A DNA stretch of 64,000 bases. Origin: Aulosira sp. ZfuVER01 (GTDB lineage Bacteria; Cyanobacteriota; Cyanobacteriia; Cyanobacteriales; Nostocaceae). This document shows positions 41,249 through 53,206 of this stretch, piece after piece. The notes beneath the pieces are model-generated. The model did not search any database. It saw only the letters and a list, made by a program, of their open reading frames with translations, and was not told where the DNA came from. The stretch's first letter is position 1; the number at the start of each line of letters is the position of its first letter. The position numbers and the translations under genes were made by a program. The stretch is from contig JAVRCV020000031.1 in assembly GCA_034530615.2 (NCBI GenBank), forward strand, positions 96,001 through 160,000, in the 5' to 3' direction.

Positions 41249-42511
41249 TTAAGAAAATATTCCAGCAAAAAAGTCAAGAGTATCCTTCAGTGCTTTGATA
41301 AAAATATCAATTTCCTCACGGGTATTGTAAAAATATAAACTTGCCCGTGCGGTTGCCGCAACATTTAAGTAACGGTGTAATGGTTGAGTGCAGTGATGTC
41401 CAGAACGAATAGCAACGCCTTCTTGATCTAATAATGTAGATAAGTCGTTAGCGTGGACATCTGGTGTTGTAAATGATGCTAAAGCAGCTCTACCTTCACC
41501 ATTAGCATCTGGTTTCGGCCCGTAAATTTGAATTTGAGGAATTTGCTCTAATTGTTGAAACAAATAAGCTGTTAATTCGGCTTCATAAGCATGAATTTTA
41601 TCCATGCCTATACTACTAAGATAATCTACTGCTGCACCAAGAGCGATCGCTTCTCCAATTGCAGGTGTACCCGCTTCAAATTTATGGGGTAATTCTGCAT
41701 AAGTAGAATGGTCTAAATATACCTCAGCAATCATCTCACCACCACCGAAAAATGGTGGCATTGATTCTAAGAGTTCTAATTTGCCATACAAAAAGCCTAT
41801 CCCAGTCGGGGCACACATTTTATGACCGGAGGCGACTAACCAATCACAGTCTATTTTCTGCACGTCGATAGGCATATGAGGGACACTTTGACAAGCATCC
41901 ACTAAGAATTTCGCACCGTATCTGTGAGCGATCGCAGCAATTTCTTGCACTGGATTTATGCAACCCAAAGTGTTAGAAACATGAACTACTGCTACTAATT
42001 TAGTTTTATCAGAAATCAGTCTTTTGAACTGTTCTAAATCAAAAGTTTGTTCTGATGTCAGTTCAACAAATTTCAGTACCGCACCCGTTTTTTGCGCCAC
42101 AAATTGCCAAGGAACTATATTACTGTGGTGTTCCATCACCGACAGAATAATTTCATCTCTTGGCTGTAAATTATTCATTCCCCAGCTGTAAGCTACCAAA
42201 TTAATCGCCTCACTCGCATTGCGAGTGTAGACAATTTCCTGGCGCGATGCAGCATTTATAAATTTTGCAACTTTATCTCTAGCGCCTTCATAAGCATCAG
42301 TAGCTTGAGCGCTGAGAATATGAGCACCTCGATGGACGTTGGCATTATACTGCTGGTAATAATCTCGCAGGGTATTTAACACCTGGAGAGGTTTTTGGGA
42401 AGTAGCAGCATTATCTAGGTAAACTAAGGGTTTACCGTTAACCTCCTGATGCAAAATCGGGAAGTCAGCACGAACTAAATCGGCTAGGGTTTTGGTAGAA
42501 GTAAAAGTCAT
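41249..42511 (-). CDS. sufS: Cysteine desulfurase SufS
   Basis: [23 protein letters not shown] and RSGHHC motifs. Confidence 0.97.
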   Translation of the reverse strand: MTFTSTKTLADLVRADFPILHQEVNGKPLVYLDNAATSQKPLQVLNTLRDYYQQYNANVHRGAHILSAQATDAYEGARDKVAKFINAASRQEIVYTRNASEAINLVAYSWGMNNLQPRDEIILSVMEHHSNIVPWQFVAQKTGAVLKFVELTSEQTFDLEQFKRLISDKTKLVAVVHVSNTLGCINPVQEIAAIAHRYGAKFLVDACQSVPHMPIDVQKIDCDWLVASGHKMCAPTGIGFLYGKLELLESMPPFFGGGEMIAEVYLDHSTYAELPHKFEAGTPAIGEAIALGAAVDYLSSIGMDKIHAYEAELTAYLFQQLEQIPQIQIYGPKPDANGEGRAALASFTTPDVHANDLSTLLDQEGVAIRSGHHCTQPLHRYLNVAATARASLYFYNTREEIDIFIKALKDTLDFFAGIFS

Positions 42512-42542
42512 TGGTAATTAATTAGTCATTCGTCATTTGTCA

Positions 42543-43931
42543 TTAGTCATTAGATGACTTGAGACTATTGACTGTGGTTAAAAGAATTTCGCGCAAGGAA
42601 GCAACTGGTATTTGATTGATGATTTCGGCTGCAAAAGCGTTAATTAACAAATTCCGGGCTGCATTTTCATCAATTCCCCGGCTTTGGAGATAAAATATTT
42701 CATCATCCTCTAACTGACTAACCGTAGCACCGTGAGCGCACTTCACGTTATCTGCGGTAATTTCTAGTTGGGGTTTAGTATCAACTCTCGCTTTCGATGA
42801 TAGTAGCAAATTCCGGTTTAATTGGGCTGCGTCTGTTAGCTGGGCAGGTTTGGGCACAAAAACTTTGCCGTTAAATACTGCATGAGCGCGATCGCCTACA
42901 ATACACTTATGCAATTGCTTACTCACACCGTAGGGATGATTTAGTGCGATCGCACTGTGAGTATCAGCTAACTGATTGCCATAAATCACCGTCAAACCGT
43001 TGAGCGTCGTTTCAGTTTGCTCGCCAGTTTGCAAAATCTCTAAATTGTGCCGTGACAGCTTACCGCCAAAACTAATCGCATTACAAGTGTATCGACTATC
43101 ACGCGCCTGAGCGATCGCAGTCTTCCCAATATGGAAAGCCTCTGCACCTTCCCTCTCAATCCTAGTGTGATTCACCTGAGCATTCTCAGCCAACCAAATT
43201 TCCGTCACCGCATTGGTAAAGTAAGCTCCCCCCTCTGCGCCCACCGAAGTTTGCTCAACGGGGGGAACCCCCGCACCGCAACTTCTCTCTGTGTCTCTGC
43301 GGTTCGTATATTCCTCAATCAAAGTCACCTGCGAACCACTTTTCGCCACCACCAAACAACGCGGCTGCGAAATCGTCGGCTTTTCCCCAGCAACAGAAAT
43401 AAACAATAAATGAATTGGCGTTTCAACTACTACATTCTTTCCCACCAATACTACTGCCACATCAGCCAAGCCAGCAGTATTCAGAGCCGTGAAAACTTCT
43501 TGCTCTCCCTCAGCTTTGGCTAAATACTTGTTGATACCTTCCTGTTCCTCAGTCGATAAAGCTGTCAAATTTCCGACAACCACACCCACAGGCAAATCTA
43601 TTGCAGAAAACTCTGGCGCATAGACACCGTTAACAAACACCAAGCGACTATTAGCAGCTTCTGGTAGAGCGAGCGCAGAAATATCAGTAGAAATTAATTG
43701 CGTCTCTACCTGAAATTCCGCCTTGCGCAACGCCGACAAATCAGTAAAGCGCCATTCTTCCTCACGGGTAGTCGGAATAGTTGAGTGACGTACCCAATTA
43801 ACAGCACGTTGGCGTAATTCCTCCAACCAGCCTTCTGCTTTGTGTGCTGTTACCTGTGCTAACAACCCAGTCAGATAATCATCTCTATCTAACAAATTAG
43901 AAATCGAACTGGGAGAAACTTGAATAGTCAT
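42543..43931 (-). CDS. sufD: Fe-S cluster assembly protein SufD
   Basis: EEWRFTDL, KPQLEITADNVKCAHGATV and FYLQSRG; operon position. Confidence 0.95.
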   Translation of the reverse strand: MTIQVSPSSISNLLDRDDYLTGLLAQVTAHKAEGWLEELRQRAVNWVRHSTIPTTREEEWRFTDLSALRKAEFQVETQLISTDISALALPEAANSRLVFVNGVYAPEFSAIDLPVGVVVGNLTALSTEEQEGINKYLAKAEGEQEVFTALNTAGLADVAVVLVGKNVVVETPIHLLFISVAGEKPTISQPRCLVVAKSGSQVTLIEEYTNRRDTERSCGAGVPPVEQTSVGAEGGAYFTNAVTEIWLAENAQVNHTRIEREGAEAFHIGKTAIAQARDSRYTCNAISFGGKLSRHNLEILQTGEQTETTLNGLTVIYGNQLADTHSAIALNHPYGVSKQLHKCIVGDRAHAVFNGKVFVPKPAQLTDAAQLNRNLLLSSKARVDTKPQLEITADNVKCAHGATVSQLEDDEIFYLQSRGIDENAARNLLINAFAAEIINQIPVASLREILLTTVNSLKSSND

Positions 43932-44719
43932 TACACACCCACCTCAAGCGCATCTGCTTCCAACACCCAGTCATAGCCGCGAGACTCCAACTCTAGTGCT
44001 AGTTCCTTACCACCACTAGTGAGAATCCGCCCGTGCGCCATTACATGTACAAAGTCGGGCACAATATAGTCGAGTAACCGCTGATAGTGGGTAATCATAA
44101 TCGTGGCATTTTCCGGACTTGCTAGTTGATTAACCCCATGTGCCACAATCTTCAACGCATCAATATCCAAACCAGAATCAGTTTCATCCAAAATTGCTAA
44201 CTTCGGTTCCAATAGCGCCATTTGCAGAATTTCATTGCGCTTCTTCTCACCACCAGAAAACCCTTCATTCACACTGCGGCTAAGAAAAGATGGATTCATC
44301 TTCACCACTTCCAACTTTTCTTCTACCAAATCGTCAAAATCAAAAGCATCCAATTCTTCTAAACCCTGTGCTTTGCGGCGAGAATTATAAGCCACCCGCA
44401 AAAAATCTAAATTACTGACACCGGGAATTTCTAGAGGATACTGAAACGCCAAAAATACACCAGTTCTCGCCCGTTCCTCAGGTTCCAATTCCAGTAGATT
44501 TTGCCCCTGGAAAATTACCTCACCACCAGTCACCTGATATGCTGGATGTCCGGCTAACACCTTAGAAAAGGTACTCTTACCAGAACCATTCGGCCCCATA
44601 ATCGCATGAATTTCGCCAGCACGAACTTCCAGATTTACACCTTTAAGAATCGGCGTTCCATCAACTGTGGCTGTCAGATCCTTAACTGACAGCACAACTT
44701 CACTATTTTCAATAATCAT
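43931..44719 (-). CDS. sufC: Fe-S cluster assembly ATPase SufC
   Basis: [19 protein letters not shown] and LDETDSGLD motifs. Confidence 0.97.
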   Translation of the reverse strand: MIIENSEVVLSVKDLTATVDGTPILKGVNLEVRAGEIHAIMGPNGSGKSTFSKVLAGHPAYQVTGGEVIFQGQNLLELEPEERARTGVFLAFQYPLEIPGVSNLDFLRVAYNSRRKAQGLEELDAFDFDDLVEEKLEVVKMNPSFLSRSVNEGFSGGEKKRNEILQMALLEPKLAILDETDSGLDIDALKIVAHGVNQLASPENATIMITHYQRLLDYIVPDFVHVMAHGRILTSGGKELALELESRGYDWVLEADALEVGV

Positions 44720-44792
44720 GTTCTCTCTCTTCTCTCTCTCAGTTCGTAGTTGCGCTTTAGCGCTTATTAATCTTTCTCACGTGCTAACTGGA

Positions 44793-46232
44793 TTAACCAA
44801 CACTACCTTCCAACTTCAAGCTCAATAACTTATCAGCTTCCACAGCAAATTCCATTGGTAGCTGATTGAACACATCCTTACAGAAGCCGCTAATCATCAT
44901 CGAAATTGCATCTTCTGCGGAAATGCCTCTTTGCGCAAAGTAGAATAGCTGATCTTCGCCAATCTTAGAAGTAGAAGCTTCATGCTCTACCTTGGCAGTA
45001 TTATTTTGTACCTGAATATAAGGGAAAGTATTGGCATGGGCATTATCTCCAATGAGCATGGAGTCGCACTGCGAATAGTTTCTCGCGCCTTGGGCTTTCG
45101 GGTTAACTTTCACCAAACCCCGATAGCTATTACTAGAGTTACCAGCAGAGATTCCTTTAGAAATAATTGTGCTGCGAGTATTTTTACCAATATGAATCAT
45201 CTTGGTACCGGTGTCAGCTTGCTGCATATTATTTGTCAGCGCCACCGAGTAAAATTCACCTACGGAGTTATCACCCACCAACACGCAGCTAGGATACTTC
45301 CACGTAATGGCTGAACCTGTTTCTACTTGAGTCCAGGAAATTTTGGAATTCACACCCTGACACAAACCACGCTTAGTGACGAAGTTGTAAATCCCACCTT
45401 TGCCATTAGCATCACCAGCGTACCAATTCTGGACTGTGGAATATTTAATTTCCGCATTATCAAGCGCCACAAGTTCTACGACAGCTGCGTGTAGCTGGTT
45501 GCTGTCATACATCGGTGCTGTACAACCTTCGAGGTAGGAAACATAGCTACCTTCTTCAGCCACAATCAATGTGCGCTCAAATTGTCCCGTATCACCAGAG
45601 TTGATGCGGAAATAAGTAGACAATTCCATCGGGCATTTTACGCCTTTAGGAATATAGACAAAAGAACCATCGCTAAATACAGCAGCGTTCAGCGCCGCAA
45701 AGTAATTGTCAGCTATGGGAACAACACTACCCAGATATTTTTTTACCAGTTCTGGGTGTTCCTGCAATGCTTCGGAAATTGAGCAGAAAATTACGCCATC
45801 CTTAGCTAGCTTTTCCTTAAAAGTTGTGGCGACGGAAACGCTATCGAAAATTGCATCAACGGCAACATTTGCTAGACGCTTTTGTTCAGTTAGGGGAATA
45901 CCTAGCTTTTCAAAGGTTTCTAGCAGGGTAGGATCAACTTCATCCAAACTCTCCAGCTTCTGTTTTTTCTGCTTTGGAGCAGAATAGTAGATGATATCCT
46001 GATAATTTATTGGTGGATACTTAACATTAGGCCAAGTTGGTTCTGTCATTCGCTGCCACTGGCGATACGCTCTGAGGCGAAACTCCAGCATAAATTCCGG
46101 CTCGTTCTTCTTGGCGGAGATCAAGCGGATAACGTCCTCGTTTAGTCCACGCGGAATAGTGTCGGCCTCGATGTCGGTAATAAAGCCGTACTTGTAGGGT
46201 TGGTTGACTAAGGTTTTGACAGTGGCACTCAT
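44793..46232 (-). CDS. sufB: Fe-S cluster assembly protein SufB
   Basis: [27 protein letters not shown] and LEGSVG C-terminus. Confidence 0.98.
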   Translation of the reverse strand: MSATVKTLVNQPYKYGFITDIEADTIPRGLNEDVIRLISAKKNEPEFMLEFRLRAYRQWQRMTEPTWPNVKYPPINYQDIIYYSAPKQKKQKLESLDEVDPTLLETFEKLGIPLTEQKRLANVAVDAIFDSVSVATTFKEKLAKDGVIFCSISEALQEHPELVKKYLGSVVPIADNYFAALNAAVFSDGSFVYIPKGVKCPMELSTYFRINSGDTGQFERTLIVAEEGSYVSYLEGCTAPMYDSNQLHAAVVELVALDNAEIKYSTVQNWYAGDANGKGGIYNFVTKRGLCQGVNSKISWTQVETGSAITWKYPSCVLVGDNSVGEFYSVALTNNMQQADTGTKMIHIGKNTRSTIISKGISAGNSSNSYRGLVKVNPKAQGARNYSQCDSMLIGDNAHANTFPYIQVQNNTAKVEHEASTSKIGEDQLFYFAQRGISAEDAISMMISGFCKDVFNQLPMEFAVEADKLLSLKLEGSVG

Positions 46233-46358
46233 TAGTAGTAATCTCTCGTGTTCGTTGGAATCTCTCTTTAAGGATGGGAGACAAGCTCGGTTTTAGCCGA
46301 TCCCATCTGGGGTTACAGAGTGGTTACACGGCTGTTAAAATAAGGATAGAGATTAAAA

Positions 46359-46417
46359 CAACAACAATGTTGTTTAACTTATCTTCATTTTACGCTAGAT
46401 TAACAACAACAATGTTG
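46359..46417. promoter_or_regulatory. Two SufR operator sites (CAAC-N6-GTTG)
   Basis: CAACAACAATGTTG at 46359-46372 and 46404-46417 in the sufB/sufR divergent spacer; matches the known cyanobacterial SufR box. Confidence 0.85.
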
Positions 46418-46475
46418 TTAAAGTCAAATTTTCAAAAAAAATTTTGGGACGTTCGCGCAGCGTCTGACAGAGAAG

Positions 46476-47153
46476 ATGACGACTACCCACCAGTCCTCAA
46501 CGAAGCAAGATATTCTGGAATATCTCCTCAAACACTCACAAGCAACGGCTTTTGAGCTATCTGAAGTTTTAGATATTAGCCCGCAAGCGATTCGTCGCCA
46601 TCTCAAAGATTTGGAGGCGGAAGAGCTAATTTTGTATTCAGCGGCGGTACAAGTGGGGATGGGACGGCCGCAGCACGTTTATCATCTGAGTTCTTTAGGA
46701 CGCGATCGCCTACATCGTCAGAGCGATCACTTTGGTGATAGTTACGGCAGTTTTGCTGTTTCCCTGCTTGATACTTTAGCAGAAACAGTAGGGCAAGACC
46801 AAGTTAAGAACATTTTACAAAAACAGTGGGAACGCAAAGCACAAGAATACCGCGATCGCTTAGGTAAGGGTTCCTTAAAAGAGCGTGTAGCCGATTTAGT
46901 AGAATTTAGAAAAGCAGAAGGCTTCATGGCAGAGTATCATCCTGTAGAGTCCGATGATTCCTCAAAGTGCGATCGCTTTATTTTAATGGAACATAAGTGC
47001 GCTATTTCTAATGTTGCCGAATCATTCCCCAGTATTTGCGGTCATGAGTTAGAAATGTTTGCCGCCGTTTTACCAGATTGTACAGTAGAGCGCACTCACT
47101 GGATTATCAATGGCGAACATCGTTGTGGCTATTTAGTCCAAGCACGGGAATAG
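46476..47153 (+). CDS. sufR: Fe-S cluster biosynthesis transcriptional regulator SufR
   Basis: N-terminal HTH (ISPQAIRRHLKDL, GRPQ) and C-terminal CAI..VA...C..E...C; divergent from sufB. Confidence 0.95.
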   Translation: MTTTHQSSTKQDILEYLLKHSQATAFELSEVLDISPQAIRRHLKDLEAEELILYSAAVQVGMGRPQHVYHLSSLGRDRLHRQSDHFGDSYGSFAVSLLDTLAETVGQDQVKNILQKQWERKAQEYRDRLGKGSLKERVADLVEFRKAEGFMAEYHPVESDDSSKCDRFILMEHKCAISNVAESFPSICGHELEMFAAVLPDCTVERTHWIINGEHRCGYLVQARE

Positions 47154-47202
47154 GGACAAGGAAGACAAGGGGGACAACTGACCACTTACAATTGACTAAT
47201 TT

Positions 47203-47463
47203 ATGAATCTACCACCACAGTCGCCATCAGAACAGTTTTTAAGTTTGGAAGAGTCCGCAAAAGTAGACGCTGCTTTGTTGTCTTCCCCAGAAAAATTTTT
47301 AACAAGATTAACAATTTCATCGCTGAAACTTTTAAAGCATATTGCCCAAGAATATGGTGTTGCTATTGAAGATTTAACAACATCACAAGTAATTTCTTGG
47401 TTTGAAAAAGATAGCAAAATTAAACGAGAGCAAGGAATAGAAGCTTCTTATTTAAAGTGGTAA
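47203..47463 (+). CDS. Conserved cyanobacterial hypothetical protein
   Basis: 86-aa ORF EESAKVDAALLS..EKFLTRLTISSL. Confidence 0.7.
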   Translation: MNLPPQSPSEQFLSLEESAKVDAALLSSPEKFLTRLTISSLKLLKHIAQEYGVAIEDLTTSQVISWFEKDSKIKREQGIEASYLKW

Positions 47464-47489
47464 AGCTTGCGGTTCATACAGAATAATAA

Positions 47490-48110
47490 TTAAAGTTTTT
47501 GGATTTGACTTGCAGCTACAATTTGTTTAACAGTAATTTGTAATTCTGGGAAAGTTGCAGAAATAATCCTGTCATTACCTGTAAATTTTTGCACTTGATA
47601 TTGACCATCAATTAATTGATAAACAAAAACCGTAGGCAGTTTGGGATTACCGAGATAAGCACGAGAAGCGATTGCTAAATAATCCACAATCCAATACTCA
47701 AGAATACCAAGGCGCTGATACTCATCTAATTTATCAATATAATCATCATCCCAATTAGTTGAAGTCACTTCTACAGCCAGTTGAATCGGCTCAATCAGCG
47801 CACCATAAGCTAGAACATTACTATTCCAGTGTGATGCACTAACTACACTCACATCAGGATTTCTACCTTGTTCTTCTCCAGTGTTAGCAAATGTCCTAAC
47901 TACGACATCTTTATCAGCAATATAGTCAAGTCCTAAGCGCCTAATTTCATCATTAAAACCAAGCATGAGAAATCTTGCCACATTCTTATGTGCCCTAGTA
48001 GGTTCCACTTTGATAATCTCTCCATTTACCAGTTCATATATACCAGAACCATCAGGGTACTGTTCTAAAAAATCCTCAAAAGTTAATTTCTGAACTGGGG
48101 TTTGAACCAT
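47490..48110 (-). CDS. Uma2 family endonuclease (DUF820)
   Basis: YELVNGEI, PDV, LAVEVTS and K..EYQRLGI.EYWIVD motifs. Confidence 0.9.
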   Translation of the reverse strand: MVQTPVQKLTFEDFLEQYPDGSGIYELVNGEIIKVEPTRAHKNVARFLMLGFNDEIRRLGLDYIADKDVVVRTFANTGEEQGRNPDVSVVSASHWNSNVLAYGALIEPIQLAVEVTSTNWDDDYIDKLDEYQRLGILEYWIVDYLAIASRAYLGNPKLPTVFVYQLIDGQYQVQKFTGNDRIISATFPELQITVKQIVAASQIQKL

Positions 48111-48205
48111 ATTTATTGACAACTAAATATAAAGAATTATACTTTGCGTTCCTGGGCGTTTAAAAATTATCCCCCTCTCCGCTAGCCGAGAAAGGGATAA
48201 GTTTT

Positions 48206-49261
48206 TTAGAAAAACCAACCGTAAGAATGCAAACCCTTACCCAAAAGATTCACACCCAAATAGCAAACCCAAACGACAACAAAGCCACTCGCAGCTAAAA
48301 TTGCTGGACGACGCCCTTGCCAACCACGAGTAATTCTGGCGTGAAGGTAAGCGGCGAAAACTAACCAAGTAATTAATGCCCAAGTTTCTTTCGGGTCCCA
48401 ACTCCAATAAGAACCCCAAGCTTCGTTAGCCCAAACAGCACCCGCAATAATCCCAATTGTCAGTAAAGGAAAGCCCAAACCAATGATGCGATAACTGATG
48501 TTGTCTAGGGTTTCTGCAAGGCTAAGACGTTGAGGAGATAAGGGTTCAGCAGATGTGACAGTTTCCGACTGTGGGGCAGTTACTAAATTCAAAACTGCGG
48601 TTTTACCGTTACCGTTACTATTGCTTTCATAGCGAACAAAACCATTATTTTCAACAGCAGGTGCTTGTGGTTCAGAGACTAACTCACCTGCTTTGTGTAA
48701 CTTATAACCATTGCTACGATAACCACCAGTACCAACAGAACTGCCTTGTAGTTGAATATTTTGACCGCGAGTAACGATGAGAAAAGCGATCGCTAGCAAA
48801 GCACCCACCATTAAAGCAGAATAACTCAACATCATCACACTGACGTGCATCATCAGCCAATTGGACTTGAGCGCTGGTACTAGAGGTTCTGCCGCTTGCA
48901 TTTGCGATGGCAATGTTAGGGTAGCAAAAGCTGTAATCCCCATCGCCACCGGGGCAGTTACCACTCCCACTAAGCGGCTGCGGCTAGAATTTTCAGCAAT
49001 CAGATGAATAGTGGTAATTCCCCAAGTCAAGAAAAACAGGGATTCATACAAATTGCTGAGTGGAAAATAACCAGCTTCTATCCATCGTGCCCCTAATAAG
49101 GTGGCTATGCACAAATTTGCGATCGCCATTCCAGCTGTCCCCAAAGCAGCAAAGGCCGGCAGATTCGGAAAAGCCGCCCCTACCCAATACACCAGCATGG
49201 TGAGGAATAAGACAGCAAAGGAAGCATTGTCCAGCCAGTTCTGGAGTACAACCAGATTCAT
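48206..49261 (-). CDS. ccsA: Cytochrome c biogenesis protein CcsA (CcsB/ycf5)
   Basis: WWD domain [33 protein letters not shown]. Confidence 0.95.
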   Translation of the reverse strand: MNLVVLQNWLDNASFAVLFLTMLVYWVGAAFPNLPAFAALGTAGMAIANLCIATLLGARWIEAGYFPLSNLYESLFFLTWGITTIHLIAENSSRSRLVGVVTAPVAMGITAFATLTLPSQMQAAEPLVPALKSNWLMMHVSVMMLSYSALMVGALLAIAFLIVTRGQNIQLQGSSVGTGGYRSNGYKLHKAGELVSEPQAPAVENNGFVRYESNSNGNGKTAVLNLVTAPQSETVTSAEPLSPQRLSLAETLDNISYRIIGLGFPLLTIGIIAGAVWANEAWGSYWSWDPKETWALITWLVFAAYLHARITRGWQGRRPAILAASGFVVVWVCYLGVNLLGKGLHSYGWFF

Positions 49262-49455
49262 AAAGTGTTCTCCCCAGTGGATTCTTGAAAAATTTTGATT
49301 CTGACTGTTCTGATCCTATCTGCTTAGAGGTTATTGGGTCATAGGTTTTTTTCAGTCAAAGGTCATTGGGCATTGGGCATTGGGCATTGGGCATTGGGCA
49401 TAGTTAACAATTCTTTTTGTCTTCCTTGTCTCCCTTGTCCTCCCTCATTCCCTCG

Positions 49456-51156
49456 CTAAGAACGATCAGCTTTTTTCAGTGCAAAAAAAATGTCATAGCG
49501 GGTACTGCGATTATCACTAACAGCAGTTGTCACACCAATAGAACGGGTTGCTGCTAACCAAGTTTGTTGATTGGGAAATACGGTTGGTAGGGGAAAATTT
49601 TTCGCTGTCTGTTCAACATCCAAGAAAAATTGACCATTTGTAGGATTGGGTTCTGAGGGAACGGTTTGTTGAAAAGGGATGGTGCTGGCTAGTGTATTAC
49701 TAGGTCTAGGAACAATTTTATCGGCGATCGGCGCGCCTACTACTAAGAAAGCAACATCTCCATCTAACCAGCCGTGGGTAGCGGTTAAGGTACCAAAAGG
49801 CGCAACCCAGTTAACAACGGATTTACCAGCCACCGTTCCAGGTTGAATTTTGAACTGGTATTGAGTTTTCATCGCTTCATCGAGCTGTTTTAAGGATGTT
49901 TCAGCCAAAGTGCGATCGCTTGCTTGTACCATAAACAGCAGACCAGCTCGAAAATCTGCTGTTGAAGTATCTTTGGGAGTATTGGGAATTACTGATAAAG
50001 AAAACTCACCTTTCATCCACCGCAGTAAATCCCGATCTAAATCCAGATTTGTCAAGGATTTCACACCCCCTCGCAGTTGTTCTGCCGTGATTGGCGATAG
50101 GGGATTTCCTTGGGATGTTAAAACATAGTCTGCCCACAATCGCTGTAAATTTCCACCCGAAAGCATCATTAAGGTTTCGGCTGGTACTAGGCTTTGCATT
50201 CTCCCAGCTTTATTTTCCACCGCCAACACCCGCTGGCTATTGGGGTTGAGCCAAGAAACACCTTTTAAACGTATTCCTTCCGGCTCTAAGTTAATTGTCC
50301 CCGCCAAGCCTTGGTTATTCTGAAGTTGAGCCAAAACTTGGGCTGGTAATTGGCGATTGGGCGCTGCCGCCGCTATCCTAGCAGCAGTGGGTACATTCAC
50401 ATAAAACTGAGCAAAAGGTTGATAATTGGCAATTTTTGGAAAATTATCCGCAAAACCCCCCGTTGTTGCTAGCGAAGTTTTATTTTTGTAGGCGTCAATT
50501 GCTCGTTCTGTAGCTTTGGGATTATCAGTAATCACTAAGAACTGCCCATCCAACAATGTTGCTGAGATGTTTTCCCCTGCTTGTCCATCGGTTTGTTTGA
50601 TAGCAAAACCTTGATATGTGCGGTCAATCCATTTGCCATATTTTAAGGTTTTGGGTTGAGCTAAAAGGTTTTTAGCTTGTTCTAGGTTCTTTACTGGTAG
50701 AACCATTACCATTGACTGCTGGCTAGTAGCAGCATCTGCATTGGTAGAAACGGGTTTGGGTGCGGGTTGACTGGCTTGAGGTGCGAGAATTGCCAGCGTA
50801 ACTTCATTACCTACCCAAGGTTGAATATCTTTTTGGAAGTCATAACCATTATTAGTGAGAAAGCGATCGCGCAATTTTATTAAATTTTTATCCAGTTCTG
50901 CTTGGGTTTCTTTTGTCCCATACTGCCGCAATTGCTGCCATTGTTTAGGATCGGTGGTTAGAGAAACCGCAAACAGGGCATCCTGAGGAATAATAGTTGC
51001 TCCTACTGGCAAATCTCTGGAAAATGGTTGCCCCTGAGTCAATAACCAGTATGCTGCACTCCCCAAACCTATCAATAAACCAGTACAAGAGAGTGTCAGC
51101 ACCAGAGATGGTTTCTTTGTTTTCTTCATCGGAACAGACACAACAGGCAGCGTCAT
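49456..51156 (-). CDS. DUF3352 domain-containing protein
   Basis: N-terminal TM, IIPQDAL, DIQPWVGNEVTLA and DLL.WMKGEFSL motifs. Confidence 0.8.
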   Translation of the reverse strand: MTLPVVSVPMKKTKKPSLVLTLSCTGLLIGLGSAAYWLLTQGQPFSRDLPVGATIIPQDALFAVSLTTDPKQWQQLRQYGTKETQAELDKNLIKLRDRFLTNNGYDFQKDIQPWVGNEVTLAILAPQASQPAPKPVSTNADAATSQQSMVMVLPVKNLEQAKNLLAQPKTLKYGKWIDRTYQGFAIKQTDGQAGENISATLLDGQFLVITDNPKATERAIDAYKNKTSLATTGGFADNFPKIANYQPFAQFYVNVPTAARIAAAAPNRQLPAQVLAQLQNNQGLAGTINLEPEGIRLKGVSWLNPNSQRVLAVENKAGRMQSLVPAETLMMLSGGNLQRLWADYVLTSQGNPLSPITAEQLRGGVKSLTNLDLDRDLLRWMKGEFSLSVIPNTPKDTSTADFRAGLLFMVQASDRTLAETSLKQLDEAMKTQYQFKIQPGTVAGKSVVNWVAPFGTLTATHGWLDGDVAFLVVGAPIADKIVPRPSNTLASTIPFQQTVPSEPNPTNGQFFLDVEQTAKNFPLPTVFPNQQTWLAATRSIGVTTAVSDNRSTRYDIFFALKKADRS

Positions 51157-51928
51157 TGAAACCTACACCTCATATTTACGAACTCGTTACTTGATTTGGA
51201 CAAGTCAACCAAAAGGTTGCCCATGCTCTAGGGCAGCTAATTACAGAAATTTATCCACCCTGGATATTGATGCTTCTTTGGTCATCAACTTTCCCAACTA
51301 TTTCAAAAGCTTTATTTTTGTGGTTAATCACTTTTGGTAACACACTTTATTTTATTTCGCAGGACAAAGTGGAAATTTTTCCCAAGGAAATCCTTTATCC
51401 CAAGCGATCTGAGGATATAACTAACTTGACAAAGCTGCAAGCCATCAGCACAGCTAGATTAGTTCACCTAACTTATTTGTTGCTTTTACTCTGCCAGAAC
51501 GCGATCGCCAATTTAACATGAAGTCAAAATCTGAAAATTAGATACTATTTTAAACGAGCAATTTTACTAACAAAACATCGTATAAAATTCAATAAAAATC
51601 GTAGTTTTGAATGATAAGTGGCTAATTTTAGTTATATAGAGGAAATTTTATAAAAATTACACTAAAATTTGTAACTTTTAGCTCGAAATTGTCAATTTTC
51701 GTAGTAAATCAATTTACTGGTTTCTTCAACTTACATATTATTAATTTTTATTACTTAACTAAGTAGCTGGGATTAAAGCCCTAAATTTTTCAGCACTTTA
51801 GCATTCACAACAAAACTCATAAAAACTAACGAAACAGACTACTAGCCAAATTCAACCCGAAATTTAGAACAAGCTAGTTTGACATCTCTAGGACAATATC
51901 TCAAAATACAAACTCTAATTTTAGCTTT

Positions 51929-52552
51929 TTACGGATTGCTAGAACTTAGCTGCATGGGACCCAAGTATTTAGTTAAATAAGGCGAAAAAACCTCATATAT
52001 TAATGTCAAAGGCTGTCCGTGGTGCCAAAACAAATAGTGACGACCCCAAAAAGGCCCGCTCACCTCAAAACCTTCCTCCAAAGCAGGTGAGTCGCCATAG
52101 TAAATCCCCTGTACATCGCGATACAACTCAGTACGCAGACGTGCTAGACTAGCCCAAATCGGTAATGAACGGTTTTGTAAATACTCATCTACATGGCTCG
52201 CTTCCCACCAAGAAGTAGCGTATGCCAAACGCTGACCAGAAGCAGTCCGCAGCCAAACCTGTCGCCGCAGTCGTGGGCCTGGGACAGCTTGAATTAAATC
52301 CGGAGCAGCATCTGAGTCCATGCCAATTAATGACATATCAATTACGTCTACTTCCGTTGGCTCACCTGTGAGTAATTCTAGATGGCGCGTTGGTGAGCCA
52401 TCACCCAAAAGTAGCAATTGCCAAGCAGGTGCAAGCTGTGTGTGAGGCAAACTTTGCTTAATTACATCCTCCCCACCTTGCCAAATCGGAGTTAGACGAT
52501 GCCATGCTGCTGGCAGTGTTAAGTTGTTTGTCGGCCTAAAAATTGCAGTCAA
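51929..52552 (-). CDS. Chorismate lyase (UbiC/DUF98 family)
   Basis: LLGDGSPTRHL, RRQVWL, LAYATSWW, GRHY and IYEVFSP motifs. Confidence 0.88.
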   Translation of the reverse strand: MTAIFRPTNNLTLPAAWHRLTPIWQGGEDVIKQSLPHTQLAPAWQLLLLGDGSPTRHLELLTGEPTEVDVIDMSLIGMDSDAAPDLIQAVPGPRLRRQVWLRTASGQRLAYATSWWEASHVDEYLQNRSLPIWASLARLRTELYRDVQGIYYGDSPALEEGFEVSGPFWGRHYLFWHHGQPLTLIYEVFSPYLTKYLGPMQLSSSNP

Positions 52553-52754
52553 TGTTATTTACAAAAGTTCACCTATTTCTATAAAAGCATAAAAAACTAG
52601 CACCGCTACGCGGAATTCAAAATTCAAAATTCAAAAAGCTTATGTTGTCGGTTTCTCAACGATTATAAGTTCAGATGCAATAGTCAAAGGTCAGCAGTTT
52701 CAGGCATTTGACCCTTGACTATTGACCTTGGACTTTTAACTATTCACTAAAAAA

Positions 52755-52835
52755 TGCGGATGGCGAGACTCGAACTCGCAAGGCAAAGCCACACGCACCT
52801 CAAGCGTGCGCGTATACCAATTCCGCCACATCCGC
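52755..52835 (-). tRNA. trnL: tRNA-Leu(GAG)
   Basis: Reverse complement GCGGATGTGGCGGAATTGGTATACGCGCACGCTTGAGGTGCGTGTGGCTTTGCCTTGCGAGTTCGAGTCTCGCCATCCGCA; anticodon GAG, long variable arm, no encoded CCA. Confidence 0.96.
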
Positions 52836-53206
52836 ACGGGTTTTCTCACTGAATTTAGAATATAGCATAAATTTTCTGCCAGTGGATATAAGACGGACAG
52901 AAATATAGTCACTTCACGAGTGATATTAAAAGGGGTATAGCCAACGTGGGATGTACGGCACGCTTGCAAAACCTAGTTTGGGTGAATGCAGGAGACTAAC
53001 AGTAGCAATATTGTTAATCTAGTTAAACCCCGTAGGCACTCTCAGCCAAATCCTACCCTTTGGGAAACTGCCCAGAGGGCTGATAAACCCTTCTTGGGAA
53101 GAGGTTGGGGAATCTCCTGTCATAATTTGAAATAAGGCGGAAAGCATTGTTGCAAGTTGAATGGGAGAGAATGTCAATCTACTGGTACAGATATCGAAGC
53201 TAAAAA

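Noticed and set aside
51267..51521. 84-aa ORF upstream of the DUF3352 gene
   Set aside because: TTG start, no recognisable motif, AT-rich intergenic context; probably spurious.
52553..52835. tRNA-Leu as an integration site for a genomic island
   Set aside because: No integrase and no duplicated tRNA 3' end were seen; the flanking genes are core.
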